This document shows, one piece after another, positions 1 to 9,197 of a stretch of 62,423 nucleotides of DNA. The DNA is from an uncultured Candidatus Saccharibacteria bacterium (GTDB lineage: Bacteria; Patescibacteriota; Minisyncoccia; UBA6257; Colwellbacteraceae), in the NCBI GenBank assembly GCA_964601595.1, contig CAZRNY010000001.1:1-62423 (forward strand), in the 5' to 3' direction. Under the pieces are notes generated by a model. That model did not search any database, had not been told where the DNA came from, and saw nothing but the letters and a program-made list of their open reading frames with translations. The position numbers were made by a program, and so were the translations under genes. Each line of letters starts with the position of its first letter. Within the stretch, counting starts at the first letter, position 1.

Positions 1-240
1 GAGCGTGATGAATTCGTTACCGGAATATACAGGACAAACGGCATCTCGAAAGAGATAGATGTCTATCAGTTTTATGACCATCATGAGATGGTTTTAATCC
101 TTGCTCACGAGTTAGGTCACGCTCTCCGTGCGGAACATGGATCGGAGCCTAAATCAGTTATGTATCCGAAGATCGGTGCTCAGGGATCTATGATCACCGA
201 GGAAGATCTGCTCCTGCTCTATAAGGCCTGTCCTAAATAG
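1..240 (+). CDS. Metzincin-type zinc metalloprotease, C-terminal fragment (5' end outside window)
   Basis: Frame 1 is open from base 1 to TAG at 238-240. The translation contains HELGHALRAEH (HExxHxxxxxH) followed by a Met-turn-like SVMYP. Confidence 0.7.
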   Translation, partial: ERDEFVTGIYRTNGISKEIDVYQFYDHHEMVLILAHELGHALRAEHGSEPKSVMYPKIGAQGSMITEEDLLLLYKACPK

Positions 241-252
241 TGTCGTTTCATT

Positions 253-618
253 GTGATATGCTCTATCGATATGATCGGCTATCTGAAAGAACATGAATCT
301 TGGGCGAAAAAGGTGATCGAGTCGCATGACGCGGACCTCGATGAGGCTGTCAGTTATCACTGTTCCGTTATTTCCTTTCTTGAGTGGGAGCGTATTGCTC
401 ACTGCATCGTGATGCTCGCTGTCGGTCTCGGCTCTCTTATCGCCACCGTTTTTTCGGTAACTTCCGCTTCGCCGTTTCTTGCGACTGCAGCCCTCATCCT
501 CCTTATAGTCTTTTCTTTTTATATTCGTCATTATTTTCTCCTTGAGAACGGTATCCAGCGTCTCTATATCCTCCATCTTAAGATGGAAAAAAGGAGGGGT
601 CGTGTTTCTCTGTTATAA
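253..618 (+). CDS. Small membrane protein, unknown function
   Basis: 121-aa ORF with two hydrophobic helices (IAHCIVMLAVGLGSLIATVF, FLATAALILLIVFSFYI). Its stop overlaps the next start (TAATG at 616-620), which suggests translational coupling. It is co-oriented with its neighbours. Confidence 0.5.
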   Translation: MICSIDMIGYLKEHESWAKKVIESHDADLDEAVSYHCSVISFLEWERIAHCIVMLAVGLGSLIATVFSVTSASPFLATAALILLIVFSFYIRHYFLLENGIQRLYILHLKMEKRRGRVSLL

Positions 619-1838
619 TGCGGACAAGTAATATGGCTTCCAGAAATTCTTCAAAAAAGCTGTCGGATATCTCCGTTACATACGGCGGCTGGTATCAGCG
701 CACTACTCTTCATCTCAGTGAGATATACGATTTTTTCGCTTTCGGTTCTTCGAAACTCGATCTTCGTAAAGACGAGCTTTCGAGATATAGGGATAAGATG
801 GCCTTGAGTGATGTTGTTCGCGAGTCTGGCCCTCTCGAATCCGTCAAGGCGAAGACGGGAAGGGGGATAGATATCCGCTATTACGAAGACGGTCTCTATG
901 CCCTCGAGACAAAAGCGGAAGATATGTCTTCTATATCAGAAGCTCGTCATCACTTAGAAGAATATTATGGAGAAGCGATGAGTCCGGCTATAAGCTATCT
1001 CTTTTCGCTCGGTGCTCCCACTCCGAAGATTCTTGCGAACATAAAGACCGTTCATCCGACCGTTATCTGCGGTACTTCGGCTTCTCCAGAAGACTTCGAG
1101 GTTGACGAAGATATTTTCGGCTCGGCTTATTCTCGCGTTTCCGGAAACGGGGTGTCTGTCATAAAGACCCCTCTTTATATATTCGTCGTCACTCGACCGG
1201 CTCTCAGAAAGAATGCCTCTTCTCTTATAGAGAACCTGATTTTCTTTCGTGAGTTCAAGGATCATCTCGAGAAGTATCTGAATATCCACAGATCTCTCTG
1301 GGAAGATATATCGGCGATCAAGGAAAAGAAATCATTTCAAGGAGAAGAAGTCGACGAAGCGAGGGATCGTCTTGATCAGTATCAGAAGACTATCAGTCTC
1401 ATATCGAACAGGATCAATCAGATGGGGGCCTACGCTCGCACCCGCTCTGCCATAGCGAAGAACGCTTCGGTTGAGGAACACCTGCGTACTCTCTTCCAGT
1501 TCAAGTTCGAGACGCTGCTCGATACTCTCGATTATATAAAGGAGATCTGGAAGATGACTTCCAATTATCTGAGCTCTGCCATCCAGAATCTCGTGGAGAT
1601 AAAAGGACAGACGGCAGCGAAAGGGATACAGTCCCTTCAAGTGATCATGAGTCTTGGTGTCGTCGCTATAATCATCGGTTACATCTCGAAAGGAGAGTTG
1701 CCCAAGATCACTTTTATCGGCCTCGTCTATTTCGCCCTTATAATCTTCCTTACATGGGCTTTTAACAAAGGAATAGCTCGGTTCTATATGAAAAAAGGCT
1801 ATAGTCTCCGTTTCGGCGAACGCGCCGAAAAAATATAG
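618..1838 (+). CDS. Hypothetical protein with a soluble N-terminal domain, a long helical region and two C-terminal TM helices (CorA-like topology, no GMN motif)
   Basis: 406-aa ORF. The C-terminus has VIMSLGVVAIIIGYI and FIGLVYFALIIFLTWAF. I recognise no catalytic motif. Confidence 0.7.
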   Translation: MRTSNMASRNSSKKLSDISVTYGGWYQRTTLHLSEIYDFFAFGSSKLDLRKDELSRYRDKMALSDVVRESGPLESVKAKTGRGIDIRYYEDGLYALETKAEDMSSISEARHHLEEYYGEAMSPAISYLFSLGAPTPKILANIKTVHPTVICGTSASPEDFEVDEDIFGSAYSRVSGNGVSVIKTPLYIFVVTRPALRKNASSLIENLIFFREFKDHLEKYLNIHRSLWEDISAIKEKKSFQGEEVDEARDRLDQYQKTISLISNRINQMGAYARTRSAIAKNASVEEHLRTLFQFKFETLLDTLDYIKEIWKMTSNYLSSAIQNLVEIKGQTAAKGIQSLQVIMSLGVVAIIIGYISKGELPKITFIGLVYFALIIFLTWAFNKGIARFYMKKGYSLRFGERAEKI

Positions 1839-1867
1839 GCCTCCGTTTGTTATAATTTAATGAATAC

Positions 1868-2293
1868 ATGGCTAAGCTCTCTAATAAGTCTGGTCGAAAA
1901 AAGATGTGGCGCTTCTCTCCGGCGATAACATTCGTCGCCTTTGTCGCTTTAAGCATCTTCATGGGGATATGGGTGACCTCGAAACAGGATGATGTCGCTA
2001 TCAAAGAGACTCCTAGAGTAAGCGACTTCGAGATTGATCCGTTCGAATCTTTGGGTAATGTTGTCTTCCTTGAAGGAGAACCGGGAAAGATGTTCCTAAT
2101 ATATGAGAAGCCAGGGGCTCCGGCACTGAAGGTAGAGCTCGTGCTCGACGGCATGTCTTTCTGCGGCAAGCAATCGGGAGATCTTAGCTTGTGCGCAAAT
2201 ATGATTTTTGATCAGGGGATGAGGGTGTTTATAAAGGGAAACTATATTGCGGAGAATGTTGTTAGTATAGTCGAATTGAGACAGGTCGATTAG
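1868..2293 (+). CDS. Hypothetical N-terminally membrane-anchored protein
   Basis: 141-aa ORF with an N-terminal hydrophobic segment (FSPAITFVAFVALSIFMGIWV). Confidence 0.6.
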   Translation: MAKLSNKSGRKKMWRFSPAITFVAFVALSIFMGIWVTSKQDDVAIKETPRVSDFEIDPFESLGNVVFLEGEPGKMFLIYEKPGAPALKVELVLDGMSFCGKQSGDLSLCANMIFDQGMRVFIKGNYIAENVVSIVELRQVD

Positions 2294-2328
2294 ATTGAGG
2301 CCTATTTTTTGTTTATTATGAGAGGATA

Positions 2329-2739
2329 ATGAACGCACCTATTATCCGCCAATTGTATCTCTATGCGGTTGCGATCGTAAGCCTCGGCCTTGTCATCGTC
2401 GGTACGAGTAGTTTTATTGATATGAGCCTTAGGGCTTTCGTCTTTAAGGCTGCCGATAAGGATAGCTACATGATGCAGAAGATGCCGTCGATGCCTTATT
2501 TTTCTGAGACGGCTATGAATAACCTCGCGAAGAATGCTTCCCTTAGTGAATTAGAGCAGGGAGAAGTCCGTTCGTGGCTCGAACAGTACAGGGAATTAAA
2601 TAAGTACAACGAAGGTAGGGATCCGATAGCTGCGGAGCGTTCCAGGACCGCTGCAAGAAGTTTGGCTATGATCCTTGTCGGTCTGCCTCTTTATTTGTAT
2701 CATTGGTTGGTTATCCGCAAGGATCGATCAGTCGCCTAA
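2329..2739 (+). CDS. Hypothetical membrane protein
   Basis: 136-aa ORF with N- and C-terminal TM helices (LYLYAVAIVSLGLVIVG; LAMILVGLPLYLYHWLV). Confidence 0.6.
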   Translation: MNAPIIRQLYLYAVAIVSLGLVIVGTSSFIDMSLRAFVFKAADKDSYMMQKMPSMPYFSETAMNNLAKNASLSELEQGEVRSWLEQYRELNKYNEGRDPIAAERSRTAARSLAMILVGLPLYLYHWLVIRKDRSVA

Positions 2740-2768
2740 TAGAAAATTCAGTCGCCTAATAGAAAATT
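2729..2768. repeat. Perfect tandem duplication, 2 x 20 bp (CAGTCGCCTAATAGAAAATT)
   Basis: 2729-2748 and 2749-2768 are identical. The first copy carries the TAA stop (2737-2739) of the upstream gene. The second copy abuts the ATG at 2769. Confidence 0.95.
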
Positions 2769-4388
2769 ATGAAAAAAATCGCATCTTCCTTAATGGAAAA
2801 GGGATCGACCACCGTGCGATCCGCCGCAAAGAACAAGAAAAAACTATTCTTCATCCTCGGAGGAATAGTTGTGATTATCATTATCCTTATTTCAATATTT
2901 TCCGATAAGGAAGAAAAGACCGCCTTTATCGAGGTTAAGAAGGGGGATGTGATTCAGGAGGTAGATGTCTCAGGAAAGGTTAAGGCCGCCGAAAGCGTGG
3001 ATCTTGCCTTTGAGCGTTCCGGAAGAGTGGCTCGCGTCTCGGTTTCTACTGGAGATAAGGTCTCTATCGGACAGTCTCTTGCTTCCCTCGATATGTCTGA
3101 TCTGTATGCCGATTATGATACGGCTATTGCTAATCTTCGCTCTCGCGAAGCTGATCTTGCGAGCCTCAAAGCTGGTTCTAAGGATGAGGAAATAGTGGTC
3201 TATCAGGTTCGCGCGGAAAGCGCGGCAAGTACTCTCGATTCCGCAAAGAGGGAGCTTGTGAATAAATTGGATGATGCTTACGCAAAGTCTAATGATATCC
3301 TATCGAATAGAATAAAGAGTATCTTCTACGAGACTAGTTCCGGAGACTTTCAGCTTGCATTTTCGATCTCTAATGATTATGTGCTCGAATCAGATATAGA
3401 GAAGATGAGAAATGATATCGCGAAATCTCTTATCGAATGGAAGAAAGGGGAATACCGCTCTTATGATGCGTCCCGTCTCGGAAGCTATGCTCCGACCGCC
3501 ATCGATAACCTTGAAGATATCAGGAACATTCTCGACAAGCTGACTAGCGCTCTTGAAAATTCGAATCTTAGATTCTCGATCACTCAAGGCGAGACAGACA
3601 GATGGAAGACAGACGTTTCTTCTTCGAGGACTATTATCGATACCGTAATGGCGACTACTCAGGTTGCGAAGGATAAGCTCGTTTCGGCTAATAATTCCTA
3701 CTCGATCGCTGATAGAGAGTTTTCTCTCGCGAAGTCTGCCGCTACTCCCGAGGCTATCGCTTCGAAGGAAGCCGCCGTCATGGCTGCCGAAGGATCGGTT
3801 AAGAGTATTAAGGCGCAGATAGAGAAGGGTATTATCCGTTCTCCTATAAACGGCATCGTCGGAAGGGAGGATATAAGGCTCGGAGAGAATGCTTCCGTCG
3901 GGGCGTCCGTAATCTCCGTCATCTCTGACCGCAAGTTTCAGATAGAAGCTAATCTTCCTGAAGCTGATGTTGCGAAGATTAAGGTCGGCGACCCGGCTGA
4001 GGTCACTCTTGATCCTTATGGGGATGATGTCGTCTTTGAGGCAGCTGTCGTCTCCATCGATCCTAGTGAAACCGTCATAAACGGAGTTACTACCTATAAG
4101 ACTGTTTTGGAATTCATTTCTGATGATTCCCGCATCCGTTCTGGCATGACTGCTAATGCGAATGTTATGACTGATCGTAAAGATGGAGTTTTATTTGTTC
4201 CTCAGCGCTCTGTCATTTCTGAAGATGGAAGGAAATTTGTAAGGATGATCACTGATAAAGCAGGCGTCTTCAAAGAAGAGGATGTCGTTACCGGCCTTCG
4301 CGGATCGGATGGATCCGTCGAGATACTGAGCGGTATTTCCGAGGGTGATAAGATTGTCACTTATTCGACTAGTAAATCTACTAAATAG
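2769..4388 (+). CDS. HlyD/MacA-family periplasmic adaptor (membrane fusion protein) of an ABC efflux system
   Basis: 539 aa with an N-terminal TM anchor, a long coiled-coil middle and beta-barrel-type motifs (IRSPINGIVG, KVGDPAEVTLD). It sits directly upstream of a MacB-type ATPase and permease. Confidence 0.85.
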   Translation: MKKIASSLMEKGSTTVRSAAKNKKKLFFILGGIVVIIIILISIFSDKEEKTAFIEVKKGDVIQEVDVSGKVKAAESVDLAFERSGRVARVSVSTGDKVSIGQSLASLDMSDLYADYDTAIANLRSREADLASLKAGSKDEEIVVYQVRAESAASTLDSAKRELVNKLDDAYAKSNDILSNRIKSIFYETSSGDFQLAFSISNDYVLESDIEKMRNDIAKSLIEWKKGEYRSYDASRLGSYAPTAIDNLEDIRNILDKLTSALENSNLRFSITQGETDRWKTDVSSSRTIIDTVMATTQVAKDKLVSANNSYSIADREFSLAKSAATPEAIASKEAAVMAAEGSVKSIKAQIEKGIIRSPINGIVGREDIRLGENASVGASVISVISDRKFQIEANLPEADVAKIKVGDPAEVTLDPYGDDVVFEAAVVSIDPSETVINGVTTYKTVLEFISDDSRIRSGMTANANVMTDRKDGVLFVPQRSVISEDGRKFVRMITDKAGVFKEEDVVTGLRGSDGSVEILSGISEGDKIVTYSTSKSTK

Positions 4389-4391
4389 AGT

Positions 4392-5111
4392 ATGTCTGTC
4401 ATAGAGGTAGATAAGGTTGTTAAGACCTATATCTCGGACGGAGTCGATACGACGGCTCTGGGCGGAGTTTCCTTATCCATTGAGGAAGGGGAATTCGCCG
4501 CTATCATGGGCCCTTCTGGATCAGGAAAGTCTACGCTTCTCCATATTTTAGGTTTTTTAGATAGGCCCACTTCCGGGAGTTATCGTTTCGACGGCAAGGA
4601 AATATCCGACTACACCGATGAAGAGTTGGCTTCGATCAGAAATGGAAAGATGGGCTTCATCTTTCAGTCATTTCAACTTCTTCCCAGGATGAGCGTTCTC
4701 GATAATGTGAAACTGCCTTTGCTCTATTCGGGTATAAAAGAAGATCACTGGGACAAGATGGCAAAGAAGGCGGTTCATGGAGTGGGTCTTGATCATCGTA
4801 TTGATCACGATGCCTCGAAACTATCCGGAGGAGAAAAACAGCGTGTCGCGATCGCTCGCGCCTTAGTCAATGGACCGCGCGTCGTCTTTGCGGATGAGCC
4901 TACTGGCAACCTCGATTCCAAGTCCGGCAAGGGTGTCATGGATATCATCCAGAAATTGAATGAAGACGAAGGTATTACGATTGTCCTCATCACTCACGAG
5001 ACCTATACCGCCGAGCATGCCGAGCGCATCATTCGTGTTAAGGATGGTCTGATCGAAAGCGACGAGAAAGTTACTCATAGGAGACATTCCGTCGACGAAT
5101 TCCTTAAATAA
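4392..5111 (+). CDS. ABC transporter ATP-binding protein, MacB/LolD/YknY type
   Basis: Walker A GPSGSGKST, signature LSGGEKQRVAIARAL and Walker B VVFADEPTGNLD. Confidence 0.95.
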   Translation: MSVIEVDKVVKTYISDGVDTTALGGVSLSIEEGEFAAIMGPSGSGKSTLLHILGFLDRPTSGSYRFDGKEISDYTDEELASIRNGKMGFIFQSFQLLPRMSVLDNVKLPLLYSGIKEDHWDKMAKKAVHGVGLDHRIDHDASKLSGGEKQRVAIARALVNGPRVVFADEPTGNLDSKSGKGVMDIIQKLNEDEGITIVLITHETYTAEHAERIIRVKDGLIESDEKVTHRRHSVDEFLK

Positions 5112-5124
5112 TTTTTTAGAAACA

Positions 5125-6363
5125 ATGTCTCTCAATCAGCTTTTGAAGATATCAGTAAGAAGCCTTCTCGCTAATAAGTCGCGTTCGGCTCTTACAATAC
5201 TCGGAATCGTGATCGGTGTTGCGGCGATCATTATGGTTATGTCGCTCGGACAGGGGGCGCAGGATCTTATCCTGAATCAGGTTCGCGGCGCTGGATCAAA
5301 GACTGTCTATGTCGAAGCGGGCGGCAATCAGCAGGGACCTGAAGCTATGGGTTCTCTTTTTATAGAATCATTGAAAGAAAGGGATCTTGATTCTCTTCGC
5401 GATCCGGCAAAGGTAAGAGGAGTCGTTCGCGTTTCTCCTTATCTCATGCAGTCGGCGAAAGTCATTCATGATAGTGAGGGAAAGCAGACTAATATCATGG
5501 GTATGGCCCCCGATCTTCTTACTATGCTCGATATATATCCGGATGAAGGCGACGCTTTCACCGATAATGATATTAAGAGTAAATCTTCCGTTGTTATTAT
5601 CGGGTCAAAGATTAAGGAGGATCTCTTCGGTTCTTCGCAGGCTGTCGGAGAAAAAATAAAGATAAACGACCGTTCTTTTAAGGTAGTGGGCGTATTTCCG
5701 GCTAAAGGTCAGATCGGTATGTTAAATGTCGATAGTCTCGTTGCTGTTCCTTGGTCAACCGCTCAGGATTATCTTTTTGGTATGGATCACTTCAATGGCT
5801 TTATGATTGAAGCTGAGAGTGAGGAAGTGGTCGATCAGACTGCTGCCGATATCCGCGTTACCCTCAGAGAGAATCATGATATTACGAATCCCGACAATGA
5901 TGACTTCCATGTTATGACCCAGTCGGATGTTATGGAGATGGTTTCAACTATCATGGGCGTTCTGACGGCTTTTCTTGCCGCGGTTGCGGCTATCTCTCTC
6001 GTTGTCGGCGGTATCGGCATTATGAATATTATGCTTGTTTCCGTAACGGAGAGGACGAGAGAAATCGGTCTTCGTAAGGCTCTCGGCGCGACAAGCTCCG
6101 ATGTCCTTTCCCAATTTTTGCTTGAATCCGTTCTCCTTACAGCTTCCGGTGGATTGATAGGAATAGCGCTCGGCGCGCTCTTATCGTTCCTTATCGCGGT
6201 CCTCCTCTCGCAAGGGCTCGGTCTCGACTGGTCATTTACCTTCCCTGTGACTGCAGCCGCGATCGGACTTATCGTTTCTGCCTCGATCGGCGTCGCTTTT
6301 GGTATATATCCTGCCCGCCAAGCGGCCGTTAAGGACCCTATAGAGGCTCTTCGTTACGAATAG
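5125..6363 (+). CDS. ABC transporter permease, MacB/FtsX family (YknZ-like)
   Basis: 412 aa with an N-terminal TM, a large extracytoplasmic domain and a C-terminal FtsX-type TM bundle (RTREIGLRKALGA motif). Confidence 0.9.
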   Translation: MSLNQLLKISVRSLLANKSRSALTILGIVIGVAAIIMVMSLGQGAQDLILNQVRGAGSKTVYVEAGGNQQGPEAMGSLFIESLKERDLDSLRDPAKVRGVVRVSPYLMQSAKVIHDSEGKQTNIMGMAPDLLTMLDIYPDEGDAFTDNDIKSKSSVVIIGSKIKEDLFGSSQAVGEKIKINDRSFKVVGVFPAKGQIGMLNVDSLVAVPWSTAQDYLFGMDHFNGFMIEAESEEVVDQTAADIRVTLRENHDITNPDNDDFHVMTQSDVMEMVSTIMGVLTAFLAAVAAISLVVGGIGIMNIMLVSVTERTREIGLRKALGATSSDVLSQFLLESVLLTASGGLIGIALGALLSFLIAVLLSQGLGLDWSFTFPVTAAAIGLIVSASIGVAFGIYPARQAAVKDPIEALRYE

Positions 6364-6451
6364 CTAAATAGGTCTATATCTGTTAGAATCAGCCTCGTTG
6401 CCTCATTTTTGAGGCGCGACGGAGCATTTATCCGCCCCCCGTAACCCATTT

Positions 6452-7255
6452 ATGATCGAAACAGTTCTTGTCGCCGTAACGGCTTGGAGTCTTTTCGAGC
6501 CCTACTGGTTTAAGACCAAAAAAGTGTGTGTCATAAGCGGAAAGATACCTTCCGCCTTTTCTGGGTGTTCTGTCGTCTTCGTTTCCGATATTCACTGCAG
6601 TCGGACTTTTTCTATAAAGAGAGCTGAGGTTCTAGTTAAAAGGATAAACGGCTTAAAGCCGGATATCGTCATATTAGGAGGAGACTATATCACCGCTGAC
6701 CCTGAATATATCGATCCGCTTTTCGAGAAGCTGAAGAATATCAAAGCTTCGATCGGCGTTTTCGGCGTTCTCGGTAATCATGACTATGATCATGATAAGA
6801 ATGGAAAGATAACGAAGGCTGCCATGGAAAGAGCCGGTATTAAGTTGCTTGATAACACGGGGTACTGGATAGACAAGGAGGGGGATCGGATGAGAGTCGG
6901 CGGAACCGTCGATGGGCAGTCCGGCTTGGATCGTGATCTAAAGTCTGCTATAAACGGCGCGACTCATGATGATTTTGTCATGCTTGTCTCTCATAACCCT
7001 TCTTACGCGAAGAATCTTCCCGAAAAAGCGCCCGTCGATCTAATGCTTTGTGGACACACTCATGGCGGTCAGATCGAGCCTCTTGGTATAGTGGCTTCGC
7101 TCACTAATAAGAGCTACGGCTTCGGGTACAAAAGAGGCGCCAAGATGAAAAATGGCGGTAGGGTTTATGTAAGCTCCGGTATTGGAATGGTTCTCGTTCC
7201 GATGAGACTTCTCTCCCGTCCGGAAATCATGCTTATTACGCTTGAAAAGAAATAG
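6452..7255 (+). CDS. Membrane-anchored metallophosphoesterase (YkuE/calcineurin-like)
   Basis: Motifs SDIH, GGDY, GNHD and GHTHGGQ are present. Confidence 0.85.
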   Translation: MIETVLVAVTAWSLFEPYWFKTKKVCVISGKIPSAFSGCSVVFVSDIHCSRTFSIKRAEVLVKRINGLKPDIVILGGDYITADPEYIDPLFEKLKNIKASIGVFGVLGNHDYDHDKNGKITKAAMERAGIKLLDNTGYWIDKEGDRMRVGGTVDGQSGLDRDLKSAINGATHDDFVMLVSHNPSYAKNLPEKAPVDLMLCGHTHGGQIEPLGIVASLTNKSYGFGYKRGAKMKNGGRVYVSSGIGMVLVPMRLLSRPEIMLITLEKK

Positions 7256-7269
7256 AATTATTAAAATAA

Positions 7270-7300
7270 AAGCGGACCTGAGTGGTCCGCTTGTTTTTTT
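7270..7300. terminator. Bidirectional intrinsic terminator between convergent genes
   Basis: The hairpin AAGCGGACC-TGAGT-GGTCCGCTT is followed by GTTTTTTT and preceded by an A-run. Confidence 0.75.
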
Positions 7301-7305
7301 GTGCC

Positions 7306-7896
7306 TTACTGGAGGATAAGGCTATTGTTGCAAAAGACGAATCGGGTTGGAATGTCTGTAAAATTTACGACAGGTCGATTCCTTGAATCGAGACAGACGG
7401 ATATTGTCTTTCCGTCTTTCTTCTCGTTTGCGAGAGCGGGGATCGGGTTCGTGAATCCGGTATGGGTTGCGTATGCGATCGCTTCCGCTATGGTCAGATG
7501 TCTCTTTCCTGGACCGGGCTTCGGGGTATCCGATGTCTCGGTCTGAAGGATGAAATAAGGCGACTGTGGCGTCTTGACCTTGGGAAGCTTTATCAGGTCT
7601 ATTGTGAGAATGGATGAATGGTAATATCCCGTCTTCCCTTGGTTCCTCATGAGAGAGGCGACTTTGTCGCAACAAGCCGCTTCGAACGGTATGACCGGAA
7701 TCGGTTTGATCAAATCAAGCAAGCCGATATTTTCTGCGAGCATATCAGGCATAAACCTTAATATCTCTCGGAGAACTTTGACTGCTCTTATTGGCGCTCC
7801 CAGATCGTCTATCCTTATTACCGCATCTCTCGCCTCGAGGACTATCGCCTCGATCTTCGCCCTTTGGGTCTTTTTGAGTTGGTTTGCTTTCGGCAT
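7306..7896 (-). CDS. Hypothetical protein (one of only three minus-strand CDS)
   Basis: The ORF track extends to 7923. The internal ATG at 7896 (MPKANQLKK...) is preceded by AAGGAGGTAGAAGGA, so I prefer it as the start. No recognisable motif. Confidence 0.6.
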   Translation of the reverse strand: MPKANQLKKTQRAKIEAIVLEARDAVIRIDDLGAPIRAVKVLREILRFMPDMLAENIGLLDLIKPIPVIPFEAACCDKVASLMRNQGKTGYYHSSILTIDLIKLPKVKTPQSPYFILQTETSDTPKPGPGKRHLTIAEAIAYATHTGFTNPIPALANEKKDGKTISVCLDSRNRPVVNFTDIPTRFVFCNNSLILQ

Positions 7897-8007
7897 TCCT
7901 TCTACCTCCTTATAAAAGTACACCGTTCGAGTTTCTCGCCCGGCAGGATCAATCTGTCAGCTTTCTATTATTATGTCAAACGAAGTCCGTTGTTATATCT
8001 TTCTATT

Positions 8008-8256
8008 ATGAGTTTCGCTGAACGGGTATTCGGAGCAGTGAAGATAATCCCCGAAGGGAAGATCCTTTCTTATAAGGAAGTTGCAGTTCTATGCGGAAGT
8101 CCGCGGGTCTATCGCGTAGTGGGTAATATGCTTAATAAGAATTATAATCCCGCGATTCCTTGCTATAGGGTTGCGAGATCGGATGGTCATTCCGATAATT
8201 GGGATAGGGGAAATGAAGCCAAAATCGAGCTTCTTAGGAAAGAGAAAGTCATATGA
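8008..8256 (+). CDS. Stand-alone MGMT-family DNA-binding domain protein (O6-alkylguanine-DNA alkyltransferase C-terminal domain), PCYRV variant
   Basis: 82 aa starting at the ATG at 8008. By eye it aligns to the MGMT C-domain (ILSYKEVAVLCGSPRVYRVVGNML...NPAIPCYRV.RSDG). Confidence 0.75.
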   Translation: MSFAERVFGAVKIIPEGKILSYKEVAVLCGSPRVYRVVGNMLNKNYNPAIPCYRVARSDGHSDNWDRGNEAKIELLRKEKVI

Positions 8257-9197
8257 AGAAGATTGTCGTCGTGGGTGGTGGAACAGGAACATTCACCGTC
8301 CTTTCTGCTTTGAAATCTTTTCCGGATATCCATCTTTCGGCGATCGTCTCGATGATGGATGATGGCGGTTCGACCGGCATTCTGAGAGATGAATATGGAG
8401 TCCTTCCTCCAGGTGATATTCGCCGTGCTCTGGTTGCTCTTTCGGAATCATCCGATACGCTCCGTTCTCTCTTTAATTATCGCTTCGAAGGAGGCGGTCT
8501 TTCTGGCCACAGCTTCGGTAATCTTTTTCTAGCTGCCTTAGAGAAGACGACCGGAAGTTTTGAGAAGGCTGTTGAAGAAGCATCTGAGATATTAAAAGTC
8601 AGAGGAAGAGTGATTCCTGTTACTATGGATAACTGCCGTTTGGTCGCGCGTCTCGCCGATGGATCGACGGTCTATGGAGAATCGAGGATCGATATTCCGA
8701 AATCGGAAAGAGCGCCTATCGTCGATATGGACATAGACCCGGAAGCGATAGGAAACCCCGAAGCTTGCCGCGCGATCATCGAAGCGGATCTCGTTATCGT
8801 TGGTCCCGGAGATATATATACTAGTATCGTTCCCAATTTTCTCGTTAAGGGGGTGCCGGAAGCGATGAAGCTTTGTAAAGGAGAGCGGGTCTATGTAGGC
8901 AACATCATGACGAAAAGAGGAGAGACGGATGGATATTCTGCTGCTCGTATGATCACGGCCGTGGAGCGTTTTGCGGGAGAGGGGATATTCTCTTTTTCTC
9001 TATGGAATTCTTCTCGCCCTTCTTCCGAGATACTCGACCGCTATAAGGAAGAAGGCGCTTCCTTCATCGAGCCTCCCGAGGGAGATAGTATTTCTTCTTC
9101 GAAACCCATTATTCTTCCTTTCGCGAAAGAAGGAGAGCTCTTCAGGCATGATCCTGAAGGAAATCTTGGCCCAGCTCTTATTTCTCTTCTTCCTTGA
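8253..9197 (+). CDS. YvcK/CofD-family protein (gluconeogenesis factor / UPF0052)
   Basis: The N-terminus VVVGGGTGTFTVL and DDGGSTGILRDEYGVLPPGDIRRALVAL are typical of the family. ATGA overlap with the upstream gene. Confidence 0.85.
   Translation: MKKIVVVGGGTGTFTVLSALKSFPDIHLSAIVSMMDDGGSTGILRDEYGVLPPGDIRRALVALSESSDTLRSLFNYRFEGGGLSGHSFGNLFLAALEKTTGSFEKAVEEASEILKVRGRVIPVTMDNCRLVARLADGSTVYGESRIDIPKSERAPIVDMDIDPEAIGNPEACRAIIEADLVIVGPGDIYTSIVPNFLVKGVPEAMKLCKGERVYVGNIMTKRGETDGYSAARMITAVERFAGEGIFSFSLWNSSRPSSEILDRYKEEGASFIEPPEGDSISSSKPIILPFAKEGELFRHDPEGNLGPALISLLP

Noticed and set aside
154-576. 140-aa - strand ORF at the left end
   Set aside because: It overlaps both the metalloprotease 3' end and the + strand membrane-protein ORF, which is translationally coupled (TAATG) to the next gene. 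Its sequence is Arg/Lys-rich and low in complexity.
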